64,000 bases of DNA from Dehalococcoidia bacterium (GTDB taxonomy: Bacteria; Chloroflexota; Dehalococcoidia; UBA2979), in NCBI GenBank assembly GCA_029246995.1, contig JAQWMB010000027.1, positions 40,922-104,921 on the forward strand, given 5' to 3'. Under the pieces are notes generated by a model that made no database searches, had not been told where the DNA came from, and worked only from the letters and a program-made list of their open reading frames with translations. Below, piece after piece: positions 46,951-56,952 of the stretch. A program made the translations under genes and the position numbers. The stretch's first letter is position 1; each line of letters starts with the position of its first letter.

Positions 46951-48690
46951 TTAAACAGTATAAGTATTTAAAAGTTCAGAATAGATATCTAAAACATCAT
47001 CGTTAAAACTCTCAATAGGTGCAAAAGTTGTCTTTTGAGTTGTTCTATTTATTATCTCGACTTCCCCATTTGCTGTATTTCTCTTAGAAATTAATATTCT
47101 AATTGGTATACCTAGTAAATCTGCATCAGCAAACTTTTTTCCTGGAGTTTCATTTCTATCATCTATTAAAATTTCTAAACCACTATCTTCAATGGTATCA
47201 ATAGTTAGCTTAATTGCACTGTTGGATAATTCTTCATCTCCTAAGAAGATGATATGAACATGAAAAGGTGCAATAGTGATTGGCCAATTCAATGAATCCT
47301 TTTTTAGGGTATTTTCTGCGGCACTTGCTAAAATTCTGTCTATTCCAATTCCATAGCATCCCATTGTCGGTGTTATTGTATCTTGATTTGAACCAGATAC
47401 TTTTATATTAAATTTTTCTGAATATAATTGGCCGAGTTTAAAAACATGACCAATTTCTATTCCTTTTTTACTACTTAGTTGCTTGCCACATAGCTGACAC
47501 AATGCACCATCAACAGCTAAATGGATATCTCCAATTATATCTGCCTTCCAATCTTTATCATAATTGGTATTAAGGTAATGGTAATTTATTTCATTGGAAC
47601 CGCTAATTAGATTATAAGATGGCACCACTGATGCATCAGCAACTACTTGAATATTTTTATCAATTCCTATGGGTCCAGTGAAGCCAGGCACCATTCCATA
47701 TGACTTAATCTCATCATCGTTCATATTCCTAATTCCAGATAGTTTTATTATGTTTGTAAGTTTTACCTCGTTAATTTCTAAGTCACCTCTAATTAATGCA
47801 ATAATAGGTATATCTTCCATTGCTTCATTTTTTGCAATATAAAGAACAGCTTTTAGGAATTTACTTTTTGGTAAATCAAAGAAATCAGATAGCTTATTGA
47901 TAGTGGTTATGTTTTTAGTTTCAATTTTTGTGTAATCAATTGTTTTTTCTTTTTTATTCGTTTCAATTTTGATTTGTGCTTTTTCTTCATTGGCGGCATA
48001 ACCACATTCACACATTATTACTGTGTCTTCACCAGTAGAGTGTAGATAAATAAATTCTTGAGAACCCTTACCACCAATTGCACCAGAATCAGCATCGATT
48101 TTTACTACAGGCAATCCACATCTGTAAAAAATATTTTCATATGCTTGAACCATTTTTTGATAAGAATCTTCAAGGCTTTTGTCAGTAAGGTCAAAGCTAT
48201 ATGCATCTTTCATTGTGAATTCACGAACACGGATTAAGCCACCTCGAGGCCTTGCTTCATCGCGAAACTTTGTTTGAATTTGATATAAAGTTAGTGGTAA
48301 TTGTTTGTAGGTATCTACATTTTCTGCAAATAACTTGGAGACTACTTCTTCATGAGTTGGCCCAAGTATTAATTCTCGATTTTTTCTGTCTTGTAGGGAA
48401 AAAAGTATTTCGCCAAATGCTCTTCTTCGATCAGATTGCTCCCAATATTCTAAAGGTTGCAATGCAGGCATAAGAATTTCATTAGCATGTGTGTAGTCCA
48501 TTTCTTCTCTAACAATATTAATAATTTTATTTTTGATTCTTAATCCAAGTAATAAATAAGTGTAAACACCTGAAATTAACTGCGTAATATATCCACCTCT
48601 TACTAGCAAAGAATGAGAAAGACTTTCTATTTCACTAGGAGCTTCTTTTCTAGTAGGGATTAATAGGCGCGTCATATTCATTTTTGTCAT
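46951..48690 (-). CDS. proS: proline--tRNA ligase (bacterial type with editing insertion)
   Basis: Class II motifs (FRDE.RPRGGLIRVREF, GCYGIG); 579 aa. ATG follows AGGAAAAAT. Confidence 0.95.
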   Translation of the reverse strand: MTKMNMTRLLIPTRKEAPSEIESLSHSLLVRGGYITQLISGVYTYLLLGLRIKNKIINIVREEMDYTHANEILMPALQPLEYWEQSDRRRAFGEILFSLQDRKNRELILGPTHEEVVSKLFAENVDTYKQLPLTLYQIQTKFRDEARPRGGLIRVREFTMKDAYSFDLTDKSLEDSYQKMVQAYENIFYRCGLPVVKIDADSGAIGGKGSQEFIYLHSTGEDTVIMCECGYAANEEKAQIKIETNKKEKTIDYTKIETKNITTINKLSDFFDLPKSKFLKAVLYIAKNEAMEDIPIIALIRGDLEINEVKLTNIIKLSGIRNMNDDEIKSYGMVPGFTGPIGIDKNIQVVADASVVPSYNLISGSNEINYHYLNTNYDKDWKADIIGDIHLAVDGALCQLCGKQLSSKKGIEIGHVFKLGQLYSEKFNIKVSGSNQDTITPTMGCYGIGIDRILASAAENTLKKDSLNWPITIAPFHVHIIFLGDEELSNSAIKLTIDTIEDSGLEILIDDRNETPGKKFADADLLGIPIRILISKRNTANGEVEIINRTTQKTTFAPIESFNDDVLDIYSELLNTYTV

Positions 48691-48708
48691 ATTTTTCCTA
48701 AGATTGAT

Positions 48709-49818
48709 TTAATAGTTCTTAATTATTGTTTCCACTTTAGATAAAATTTCGTCATAACTAAAATGCCCTATTAGCTTCTTCTTCATTTTCAAGTTAACTC
48801 CTGAAGGCCCACACCACAAGCCAATATCTGCATCATCAGTTTCTCCAGGACCATTGACCCTGCATCCCATTACGGCAATTGTAAGTTCTTTTTCTATATT
48901 TTTAACTAATTTTTTTACATCTTTAGCTAAGTCTACAAAAACCTCATTTTCAACTCTCGAACATGACGGGCATGAAATTATATTTGTTTTATTATTAAGC
49001 AATGTTGGTACTGATCTAAATCTTCCTGAATTAATATCATTAAGGATTTCTTGACCTGCTTTAATTTCATCTTTTTTTTCTTCAAATGGTAAAGTTAAGG
49101 ATACTCTAATGGTATCGCCTATTCCTTGTGGAATAAGTTGCTCAAAGGCAATCCTTGTTTTAATTATCCCTTCAGGCGGCATTCCTGCTTCTGTAACTCC
49201 AAGATGTAGAGGAACATTAGGCCAGATTGAATGGAATAATTTATTGGCACGGATCACTTTATCAAAGTCAGAGTCTTTAAGAGAGACTAAGTAATTAGTA
49301 AATCCAATTTCTTCAAGTATTTGACAATGCTGATTAGCACTTTCAACCATTGCTTCTACATCATCGCTGAATCTATCTCTTAATATTGGGTCCACTGAGC
49401 CACAATTTACTCCCACTCGAATTGCTAAATTGTTTTTTTCAGCTATTTCGGCAATAAATCCTACTTTAGATTTAATTGATTTTGTCTTTTCATGATGATG
49501 TAAGTGGCCAGGGTTGTATCTAACCTTATCTATATAAGGAGCAATATCTTTTACAAGTCTATAGTTTTCTTGTAGATCTGCAGATAGAGGAACTTTAGTT
49601 TTATCACGAATAATCGCTAGCGCTTCACAATCTTTTTTCGAATCAATTGCAAGTCGTACTATACCTGCTCCAGCTTTATCTAAGGCATTAATTTGCGCTA
49701 TAGTTCTTTTTGTGTCTGTAGTTTTAGTAGCAGCCATTGATTGGATAACAATAGGCCTATTGTTTCCAATTTTAATATTTCTAACTGAAATTTCTCTTGT
49801 ATTACGTTTCTTTACCAT
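48709..49818 (-). CDS. ispG: 4-hydroxy-3-methylbut-2-en-1-yl diphosphate synthase
   Basis: ISCPSCSR and VMGCRVNGPGE cluster-binding motifs; 369 aa. Confidence 0.95.
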   Translation of the reverse strand: MVKKRNTREISVRNIKIGNNRPIVIQSMAATKTTDTKRTIAQINALDKAGAGIVRLAIDSKKDCEALAIIRDKTKVPLSADLQENYRLVKDIAPYIDKVRYNPGHLHHHEKTKSIKSKVGFIAEIAEKNNLAIRVGVNCGSVDPILRDRFSDDVEAMVESANQHCQILEEIGFTNYLVSLKDSDFDKVIRANKLFHSIWPNVPLHLGVTEAGMPPEGIIKTRIAFEQLIPQGIGDTIRVSLTLPFEEKKDEIKAGQEILNDINSGRFRSVPTLLNNKTNIISCPSCSRVENEVFVDLAKDVKKLVKNIEKELTIAVMGCRVNGPGETDDADIGLWCGPSGVNLKMKKKLIGHFSYDEILSKVETIIKNY

Positions 49819-50939
49819 TATAAAACTCTCAGTAAATCATTTATAGTTACAATTATTGCAAGAAACATGAATATGAAAAATCCAGTTAAATGGAATAATG
49901 CTTCTTTTTCTGGTTTTATTTTTTTTCCTCTTCTTAAGATTTCGACTAATAAAAGAAAAATTCGACCACCATCTAACATTGGAAAGGGAAGTAAATTTAA
50001 AATACCTAGGTTAATTGATAGAATTGCAGTTAGGTACAATAGAGGAGAGATACCACCTTGGCGAGCAACTTCTCCTGTAATGTCAGCAATACCTACTGGT
50101 CCAGCAAATTCAGGCTGGCTATTACCAGTAAACCAACTGATTATTTCATTTCTAAAAAGAATAAATGAATCTATTGTTGTTCTTGTTCCTTCCTTTATTG
50201 CTTTTATAAAATCCATAGAGATTGTTTCCGTAAAAGGATATTGTGAAGCAATTTTAATACCTGTGGGTCCCTGATTAGTTGGATGCGACCAGCGAGGCTC
50301 AACATTTAAATTAATAATTTCAGAGCCTCGTTTAACTTTTAAATCAATTTCTTTACCTAAATTAATTCTAATTAACTGCACAGCTTTTTGTACGTTATCA
50401 GCTTTTCTATTATTTACCGATAAAATGACATCATTAGGCTTGGCTCCTGCAGTATAAGCAGGAGAATCTTGATGCACGAATGTTATTTGTGGATTACCTA
50501 CTTCTACCTCATGTGGAATCATATATGAAGTAGTAAAAAGTAAAATAGGCAAAATTAAATTTACAAATGATCCAGAAAAAAGAATTATAAATCTCTGAAG
50601 ATAACTTTTTTGTGATAATGAGTCTGGCTCATCAGATGCTTCTTCGCCAAGTAATTTTACAAATCCACCTAATGGTAGCAAATTAATAGAGTATAAAGTT
50701 TTCTTAAAAGTCACACCTAATACTCTAGGAGGGAAACCAATACCAGCTTCAATAATTTTTACTTTAAACATTTTTGCTGTAAAATAATGAGCTAGTTCAT
50801 GAGCAACAACTAATATTGTAATCACTATAAAGAAAACAATCATTGAATTGATTGCTTCATTATTTCTGTAAAGTAATGAGAAAATGATTAATAATATAAA
50901 AAGAAATTTAGGTAGATTATTTTTTTGTAATAAGTTCAT
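49818..50939 (-). CDS. rseP: RIP metalloprotease RseP (M50 with PDZ domain)
   Basis: HELAHYFTAK (HExxH), a central PDZ-like segment, NLLPFPMLDGG motif. Confidence 0.92.
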   Translation of the reverse strand: MNLLQKNNLPKFLFILLIIFSLLYRNNEAINSMIVFFIVITILVVAHELAHYFTAKMFKVKIIEAGIGFPPRVLGVTFKKTLYSINLLPLGGFVKLLGEEASDEPDSLSQKSYLQRFIILFSGSFVNLILPILLFTTSYMIPHEVEVGNPQITFVHQDSPAYTAGAKPNDVILSVNNRKADNVQKAVQLIRINLGKEIDLKVKRGSEIINLNVEPRWSHPTNQGPTGIKIASQYPFTETISMDFIKAIKEGTRTTIDSFILFRNEIISWFTGNSQPEFAGPVGIADITGEVARQGGISPLLYLTAILSINLGILNLLPFPMLDGGRIFLLLVEILRRGKKIKPEKEALFHLTGFFIFMFLAIIVTINDLLRVL

Positions 50940-50943
50940 AATT

Positions 50944-52068
50944 TTATATGTTGCTCATCGCAAATTCTTCGCCCCACTTGTATGCATTTAGAACATTATC
51001 TAGTATAAGTTGGTTTGATGGTTGAAATTTGTCTTCAATTTTTTTAAGTATTTCATAAATTGAATTAAAAGAACAATTTCCTTTGATAAAACTATTAACT
51101 AGTATTTCATCTGCGCCGATCATTGCTGGAAGAGTACCATCTATTTTTTTTGCTGCATTAATGATTAATTTAAAAATAGGGAATTGTTTATGATCAATTT
51201 CTTCAATACTTAATTTTTTTAATTTTAACCAAGATGTCTTATTGTTTAGAGGACTCATTGTTCTATTTGGATAGGTTAGAGCATATTGAATTGGCACATG
51301 CATATCCGGTAATCCCATTTGAGCTTTTGACGATCCATCAATATAATTTACAATTGAATGGATAATACTTTCTCTATGAATAATTGCATTAATCTTTTCA
51401 AATGGCAGATCAAATAAAATATTCGCTTCGATAACTTCAAGAGCCTTGTTAAATAACGTTGCGCTATCTATAGTAATTTTATTTCCCATCGACCAATTTG
51501 GATGTTTTAAAGCAACCTCAGGAGTTATATTAGACATTTGATTTGTGGGTACATCGATCAGTGAGCCACCCGAAGCGGTAATTGTTATAGATTCTACTTG
51601 TTGCCAGTTTTCACCTACCATGCATTGCCAAATTGCAGAATGCTCAGAATCAATAGGTATTAGTTCAGCGCCAATTTTTTGATTATCTGTTAATATTTTT
51701 TTAATAAAAGGTCCTCCTATTACGAGAGATTCTTTATTAGCAATACCAACCTTTTTTCCTTTTTCTAATGCTAGAATCATTGGTTGCAATCCAGTGATAC
51801 CTGTTGAAGCTATGATTATAAAATCTAAGTCATCAATAAGAGCTATATCTTCATTAGTTAAAAATTTTGAAATATTTTTTATTTTTTTAATATGTTTATT
51901 ATTAATACCAAAATAATCTGGTCGAAATTTTTCAATTTGTTCATTTAACAATACATGATTATTATTTGCGCTCAGAGCTATTACATTCACATTTTTTAGG
52001 CTATTTATTACTTCTAAAGCCTGAGTACCTATCGATCCTGTTGAACCAATAATTGCTATATTTTTCAT
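50944..52068 (-). CDS. dxr: 1-deoxy-D-xylulose 5-phosphate reductoisomerase
   Basis: IIGSTGSIGTQALEV, PIDSEHSAI, HPNWSMG motifs. Confidence 0.96.
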   Translation of the reverse strand: MKNIAIIGSTGSIGTQALEVINSLKNVNVIALSANNNHVLLNEQIEKFRPDYFGINNKHIKKIKNISKFLTNEDIALIDDLDFIIIASTGITGLQPMILALEKGKKVGIANKESLVIGGPFIKKILTDNQKIGAELIPIDSEHSAIWQCMVGENWQQVESITITASGGSLIDVPTNQMSNITPEVALKHPNWSMGNKITIDSATLFNKALEVIEANILFDLPFEKINAIIHRESIIHSIVNYIDGSSKAQMGLPDMHVPIQYALTYPNRTMSPLNNKTSWLKLKKLSIEEIDHKQFPIFKLIINAAKKIDGTLPAMIGADEILVNSFIKGNCSFNSIYEILKKIEDKFQPSNQLILDNVLNAYKWGEEFAMSNI

Positions 52069-52069
52069 A

Positions 52070-52891
52070 TTACATTACTTCCAAAATAAAGAGCATATTT
52101 ACATATATAGCAGCCGCAAAGATAGAATCTAATCTATCTGTCATGCCACCATGACTCAATAATAACTTAGAATAGTCTTTGATTTTCATTTTTCTCTTTA
52201 AAATTGAGCTTGTGATATCACCAATCTGACATATTATTGGCAATCCAATTAGTATAAGGAAATTAATCACTATGTTGTCTGACAACTTGAATACAATTAA
52301 ACAACATAAACTAGCAGTAGCTCCAAAGATAAAACCACCTAATGCTCCTTCCCATGTTTTATTTTTTGAATATTTTTTACTCAATGATCTTTTGCCAAAT
52401 TTTTTTCCAAAAGCATACGCAAATATATCTGAAGCAAAGGAAACAATGAGCACGATTCCCAAATATTTCATAGTTGTTGGTTGAAGAATTAAAAAAAGTA
52501 AGTTACTACCAAAAATTACGGTATATGTTAAGCAAAGCAGATTCATCGTAAGCTTATTCGTCTTTTCTGTCAGTAGGGCAACATAAAAAAGTGGCAAGAT
52601 TGTACAATTAATGACTAAAAAAATAGTTAAAGGAAATTGCATTAAAATAATTGCTAACAGAGTTATAAATACTGCAATAAAAAATGTTATTAATTTTTTA
52701 TAGAAATGATAAAAGATTTCTCCTGCTGCTATTAGTACTAATAGAGTTCCTGCAATTAATGTAGATGTCTTGCTAAGTAAAACTAAAGTAATCACTGGGG
52801 TTAGGATGACTACGACTAGAATTCTTGATTGAATTTCGTTATTTATTAGAATGATTTTCTCAAAAATTTTATTAATCCTTAGTTTTGCCAA
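52070..52891 (-). CDS. cdsA: phosphatidate cytidylyltransferase
   Basis: SDIFAYAFGKKFGKR and SHGGMTDRLDS motifs. TTG start overlapping the uppS 3' end. Confidence 0.9.
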   Translation of the reverse strand: MAKLRINKIFEKIILINNEIQSRILVVVILTPVITLVLLSKTSTLIAGTLLVLIAAGEIFYHFYKKLITFFIAVFITLLAIILMQFPLTIFLVINCTILPLFYVALLTEKTNKLTMNLLCLTYTVIFGSNLLFLILQPTTMKYLGIVLIVSFASDIFAYAFGKKFGKRSLSKKYSKNKTWEGALGGFIFGATASLCCLIVFKLSDNIVINFLILIGLPIICQIGDITSSILKRKMKIKDYSKLLLSHGGMTDRLDSIFAAAIYVNMLFILEVM

Positions 52892-53621
52892 AACGCCTTT
52901 CTCGTTTAGAGAATTCAGTTAATGCGTAATCAACCTCTTGGGCATTGAAGTCTGGCCATAGAGTAGAGGTAAAATAATATTCAGCATATGCAGCCTGCCA
53001 GATTAAAAAATTTGATATTCGCAATTCACCTCCAGGTCTAATTATGAGATCTGGATCTGGCATATTAGCAGTTGCAAGCTTATTGCTAATTGATTCTTCA
53101 TTAATATTTTCTATTGGCATGCCTTCTGCAACTATTTTTTTCACAGCATTAACAATATCTTGCTTTCCTCCATAATCAAAAGCAATGTTAATAATTGTAC
53201 CTGTATTGTTTTTGGTCATTTCTATTGATTCATTGATTTTAGACTGGAGATCATTAGGTAATTTATTTAAATTTCCTAAGTGATTTACTTTAATATTATA
53301 TTTATGGATTAAATTTAAATTATCAGTTATAAATTCTCTTGAAAGTTGCATAAGATTATTCACTTCATCTTCAGGTCTACTCCAATTTTCAGTAGAAAAA
53401 GCGAACATAGAAATAATTTTAATTTTGTATTGAACCATACGTTCAATAACTTTAAGGAATGCTTTTGAACCAGCTTGATGGCCTTCCATCCTGGTAACTT
53501 GATGGTTTTCAGCCCATCGACCATTTCCATCCATAGTAATCGCTATGTGTGTTGGCAGTTTAGTGAAATGCAGTAATTTTTCTTCGGTTGGTTCAATTTT
53601 TGAAATATTCATATTAATCAT
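52872..53621 (-). CDS. uppS: isoprenyl transferase (undecaprenyl diphosphate synthase)
   Basis: HIAITMDGNGRWA, FAFSTENWSRP, IRPGGELRISNFLIWQ motifs. ATGA overlap with frr. Confidence 0.95.
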   Translation of the reverse strand: MINMNISKIEPTEEKLLHFTKLPTHIAITMDGNGRWAENHQVTRMEGHQAGSKAFLKVIERMVQYKIKIISMFAFSTENWSRPEDEVNNLMQLSREFITDNLNLIHKYNIKVNHLGNLNKLPNDLQSKINESIEMTKNNTGTIINIAFDYGGKQDIVNAVKKIVAEGMPIENINEESISNKLATANMPDPDLIIRPGGELRISNFLIWQAAYAEYYFTSTLWPDFNAQEVDYALTEFSKRERRFGKTKD

Positions 53622-54175
53622 ATTTCCATAAGTTCTTTTTGTTTTTTTTCAGATATTTGTTCAATTTTAGACATATATTCTTTTGTTGATTTTTCCAAAT
53701 TATTCATTGCTCTTATTTCTTCATCTTGAGAGATAGAACTAGATTTTTTTGAATCCTTAATAGCATCAATGCTTTGCCTTCTTATATTTCGTATAGCAAT
53801 TTTTGATTCTTCAGCAATAGTTTTGATTTTTTTTGCTAACTCTATCCTTCTTTCTTCTGTTAGTGGAGGTATGGGCACTTTAATAAAATCAGAATCAGTA
53901 GCTGGATTGATACCTAAATCACTAGATTGAATTGCTTTTAAAATAGATTCAGTATTATTTTTATCCCATACTTGTACATTAATTAAAGATGGTTCTGGAA
54001 TAGACAATGTAGCCAATTGCTGTATTGGTAATTTTTGACCGTAGACTTCTACTTCAATATTCTCAATTAAACTTGTAGACGCTCTGCCTGTTCTAACAGA
54101 AGCAATAGATGTGTTAAAGGCCTCAATTGATTTATCCATTTTAGATTGTATTTGGTTTGGGTCAAATAAATTCAT
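53618..54175 (-). CDS. frr: ribosome recycling factor
   Basis: VRTGRAS...IPPLTEERR...IRNIRR pattern; 185 aa. Confidence 0.95.
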   Translation of the reverse strand: MNLFDPNQIQSKMDKSIEAFNTSIASVRTGRASTSLIENIEVEVYGQKLPIQQLATLSIPEPSLINVQVWDKNNTESILKAIQSSDLGINPATDSDFIKVPIPPLTEERRIELAKKIKTIAEESKIAIRNIRRQSIDAIKDSKKSSSISQDEEIRAMNNLEKSTKEYMSKIEQISEKKQKELMEI

Positions 54176-54189
54176 TTTATTTACATGTA

Positions 54190-54678
54190 TTATTCTTGTT
54201 CATTATCTAATTCACCAATTTCAAATCTTTGGAATCTTTTAATTTGTATATTTTCACCAGTTTGTGCTATGACTTCTTGAACAAGTTCCTTTATTAATTT
54301 AGAGGATTCTCTAATGAATGGTTGATTCATTAGAGAATCCTCATCTTCGCCATTAATATTTTTTGGATTCATTGCAGTAATTTGCATAGCAAGATTTTTT
54401 GCTAACTCTCTAAATTCATTAGTCCTAGCAACGAAATCAGTCTCACAGTTTATTTCGACAATTGTGCCTAATCGATTCCCTTGATGAATATAAGATTCGA
54501 TTATTCCTTGGTCAGTTGCTCGATGTGCACGTTTTTCTGCATTGGCTATGCCTTTTTCTTTTAGAATTTCTTTTGCTTTTTCAAAATCATTATTTGCTTC
54601 TTCAAGTGCTCTTTTTGCATCCATAACACCAGCGCCAGTCTCATTTCTTAATTGCTTAATATTTTCAGTGTTAGACAT
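54190..54678 (-). CDS. tsf: elongation factor Ts, short form (162 aa)
   Basis: N-terminal UBA-like IKQLRNETGAGVMDAKRALEEA and NCETDFVA core motif. Only 14 nt separate it from frr. Confidence 0.9.
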   Translation of the reverse strand: MSNTENIKQLRNETGAGVMDAKRALEEANNDFEKAKEILKEKGIANAEKRAHRATDQGIIESYIHQGNRLGTIVEINCETDFVARTNEFRELAKNLAMQITAMNPKNINGEDEDSLMNQPFIRESSKLIKELVQEVIAQTGENIQIKRFQRFEIGELDNEQE

Positions 54679-54733
54679 GTTGACCCTTTCTTTAAATTTC
54701 TTGATAAATAATGTAAAAAGCTTTTTATATTAT

Positions 54734-55519
54734 TTAAGCTTTTATTGTCCCAGTATTTGAAGAGTTATTTTTTGTTTTTTTCGTCTTTTCTTCATTTATA
54801 TTAGCTTGTGCTTTTTCTTTATTTTTTGCAGCATAAACTTGAGATCCTTTTATGGATGCTTCTGCAATGTAATTGGTAATAAGTTCTATAGATCGAATTG
54901 CATCATCATTGGCTGGAATTGGATAATCTATGAAGTCTGGATCGCAATTTGAATCACAAAGCGCGATGATGGGTATGCCAATTTTTTTAGCTTCAAGCAC
55001 GGCAATTTGATCAACATTTGGATCAACGCAAAAAATGACTCTTGGAACTTGTTGAAGCTTCCTTAATCCTCCAAATGATCTTTCCATTCTCATACGATTT
55101 CTCTCAAAGAGAACCGATTCTTTTTTTGTCATATTTGAAAAAGTGGCTTCAATATCCATTTCATCTATTTCTTTTAATTTTTCAATTCTTTTAGAAATTG
55201 TAGGCCAATTAGTTAATGTGCCACCTAACCATCTATTTGAGACGTATGGCATTGAAGCACTTTCTGCTTTAGAAATTATAATATTTGCTGCTTGTTTTTT
55301 TGTTCCTACGAAAAGCACTAGTCCACCATTAGAAGTTGTAGTTTCAACTAATTTGATAGCTTGTTTTAGTAATTTTGAGCTAATACCTAAATCTAATATA
55401 TGTATGCCATTATTTTCACTATGAATGAATCTTTTCATCTTTGGGTTCCATTTAGATTTTTTATGTCCAAAATGGACTCCAGCTGCAAGCATTTCTCGCA
55501 TTGTCTCAGCAATAGTCAA
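54734..55519 (-). CDS. rpsB: 30S ribosomal protein S2
   Basis: [23 protein letters not shown] motifs. TTG start 6 nt after AAGGAG. Confidence 0.96.
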   Translation of the reverse strand: MTIAETMREMLAAGVHFGHKKSKWNPKMKRFIHSENNGIHILDLGISSKLLKQAIKLVETTTSNGGLVLFVGTKKQAANIIISKAESASMPYVSNRWLGGTLTNWPTISKRIEKLKEIDEMDIEATFSNMTKKESVLFERNRMRMERSFGGLRKLQQVPRVIFCVDPNVDQIAVLEAKKIGIPIIALCDSNCDPDFIDYPIPANDDAIRSIELITNYIAEASIKGSQVYAAKNKEKAQANINEEKTKKTKNNSSNTGTIKA

Positions 55520-55739
55520 TCTGAACTCCTTTATTTTTTAATCAATTATTTCAAGAATATAAGTATATATTGTTCAATACATTAGGTTACAGTCAAAGTT
55601 ACATTATTTTATAAAAATCTCATTTAAATTTGACTATACTTTCTCATTTTAAGATTTTCTCTAGAGATATATTTTATCCTTCTCCACTTGTTTCATGTTT
55701 GCGATTAATATAAACATTAACTTATGCAATTAAATAGAA

Positions 55740-56075
55740 ATGGAATGCAATTTGCCAAAATATGATTTTCTATGCTCGAAAGGTTGCACGTATGAATCTG
55801 AAGAATCTTTTGGTTCATCGCGTGAGCAAAAATGTAAAAAATGTAAAAAGGGCACTGCAGTACGTCAGTTGAATCTTCCTACGTTTAGATATCGTGGTGT
55901 TGGTTTTTATACTACTGACACTAGAAAAGATAGCAGAAAGCCTGAAGTGCTCCCAGAAACTTCTGCTCGTACTGAAAATCCTCCGGAGCAATGGCCTGAT
56001 AAAGATGATACATTGCATGGTAATGCACCAACGAAGAAAAATCAAAAAAAACAATCTAATAAAAATAGCGAATAA
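55740..56075 (+). CDS. FmdB-family zinc-ribbon protein (CxxC...CxxC)
   Basis: LPKYDFLC..GC...KCKKCKKG fits the MP.YEY.C zinc-ribbon family. The real start may be TTG 55752, giving (M)PKYDFLC. Basic/low-complexity C-terminus. Confidence 0.7.
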   Translation: MECNLPKYDFLCSKGCTYESEESFGSSREQKCKKCKKGTAVRQLNLPTFRYRGVGFYTTDTRKDSRKPEVLPETSARTENPPEQWPDKDDTLHGNAPTKKNQKKQSNKNSE

Positions 56076-56077
56076 AT

Positions 56078-56935
56078 CTAATTCAATTCCATGCTGATAT
56101 CTAAAAACTTTGCTGAATGCGTAATGGCCCCTATGGCTATAAAATCTATATTAAGATTTTTATAATCGGATATATTATTTAAATTTACGCCACCTGAGAT
56201 TTCAATTTTTATATTATTGTTATTATTTAAATCAGTAATTTCTTTTATTTCTTCAATACTCATATTATCTAACAGTAATAAATCTATGTTTGTTTTCATT
56301 GCTTCTTTTGCTTGTTCAACTGTTTCTACTTCTAATTCTATTAAATAGTTAGTGCCAGTTGCTTTTTTATATTTTTGAATAATTTCTGTAATACTTAAAT
56401 TTTTCATTGCCCAATTTAAATGGTTATCTTTTATAAGTATAAATTCACTTAAGGAGTTTCGATGATTTTGACCACCACCTTTACTAACTGCGTATTTTTC
56501 AATAGTTCTCAAGGTAGGAGTAGTTTTCCGTGTATCTCGAATAATTACTCTTTGGTTATTTAGTATTTGAATAAACTTATTGGTTAGAGAAGAAATACCA
56601 GACAGCATTTGTAAAAAGTTCAATGCTACTCTTTCCCCAGCGAGTATCTTATTAAGGGGTCCTGATATTTTTCCAATTACTTCATTTTCTTTGATAACTT
56701 CACCATCAACTTTATTTATAGTTAGAGTAATATCTTTAGAAATATATTTAAAAGTTGCATGTAAAAATTCAATGCCACAAACTATTCCATTTTCTTTAGC
56801 AATTAATGAAAAACTCTCTTCAGTATCATTTGGGATAATATATTGAGAAGTTACATCATGATCGTAATCATCTTCTTGAAGCGCGATCTGCACTAAATTT
56901 TCAATTATTGTTTTTTCTAAGTTTGGATTTACCAT
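56078..56935 (-). CDS. nadC: nicotinate-nucleotide diphosphorylase (quinolinate phosphoribosyltransferase)
   Basis: RDTRKTTPTLR, IKDNH, LLLDNMS, SGGVN motifs. Confidence 0.93.
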   Translation of the reverse strand: MVNPNLEKTIIENLVQIALQEDDYDHDVTSQYIIPNDTEESFSLIAKENGIVCGIEFLHATFKYISKDITLTINKVDGEVIKENEVIGKISGPLNKILAGERVALNFLQMLSGISSLTNKFIQILNNQRVIIRDTRKTTPTLRTIEKYAVSKGGGQNHRNSLSEFILIKDNHLNWAMKNLSITEIIQKYKKATGTNYLIELEVETVEQAKEAMKTNIDLLLLDNMSIEEIKEITDLNNNNNIKIEISGGVNLNNISDYKNLNIDFIAIGAITHSAKFLDISMELN

Positions 56936-56952
56936 AGATGTTTAAATATTGA

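Noticed and set aside
55658-55667. Perfect 10-bp palindrome TCTCTAGAGA, and the 12-bp AT palindrome AATTTATAAATT at 62567..62578
   Set aside because: Short palindromes of this size are expected dozens of times by chance in 64 kb of AT-rich sequence. Nothing in the context supports a function.
55695-55733. 12-codon mini-ORF (MFAINININLCN) upstream of the zinc-ribbon gene as a leader peptide
   Set aside because: It has no SD (it is preceded by CTCC). It contains no regulatory-codon logic and no alternative hairpins. Such an ORF is expected by chance in AT-rich DNA.
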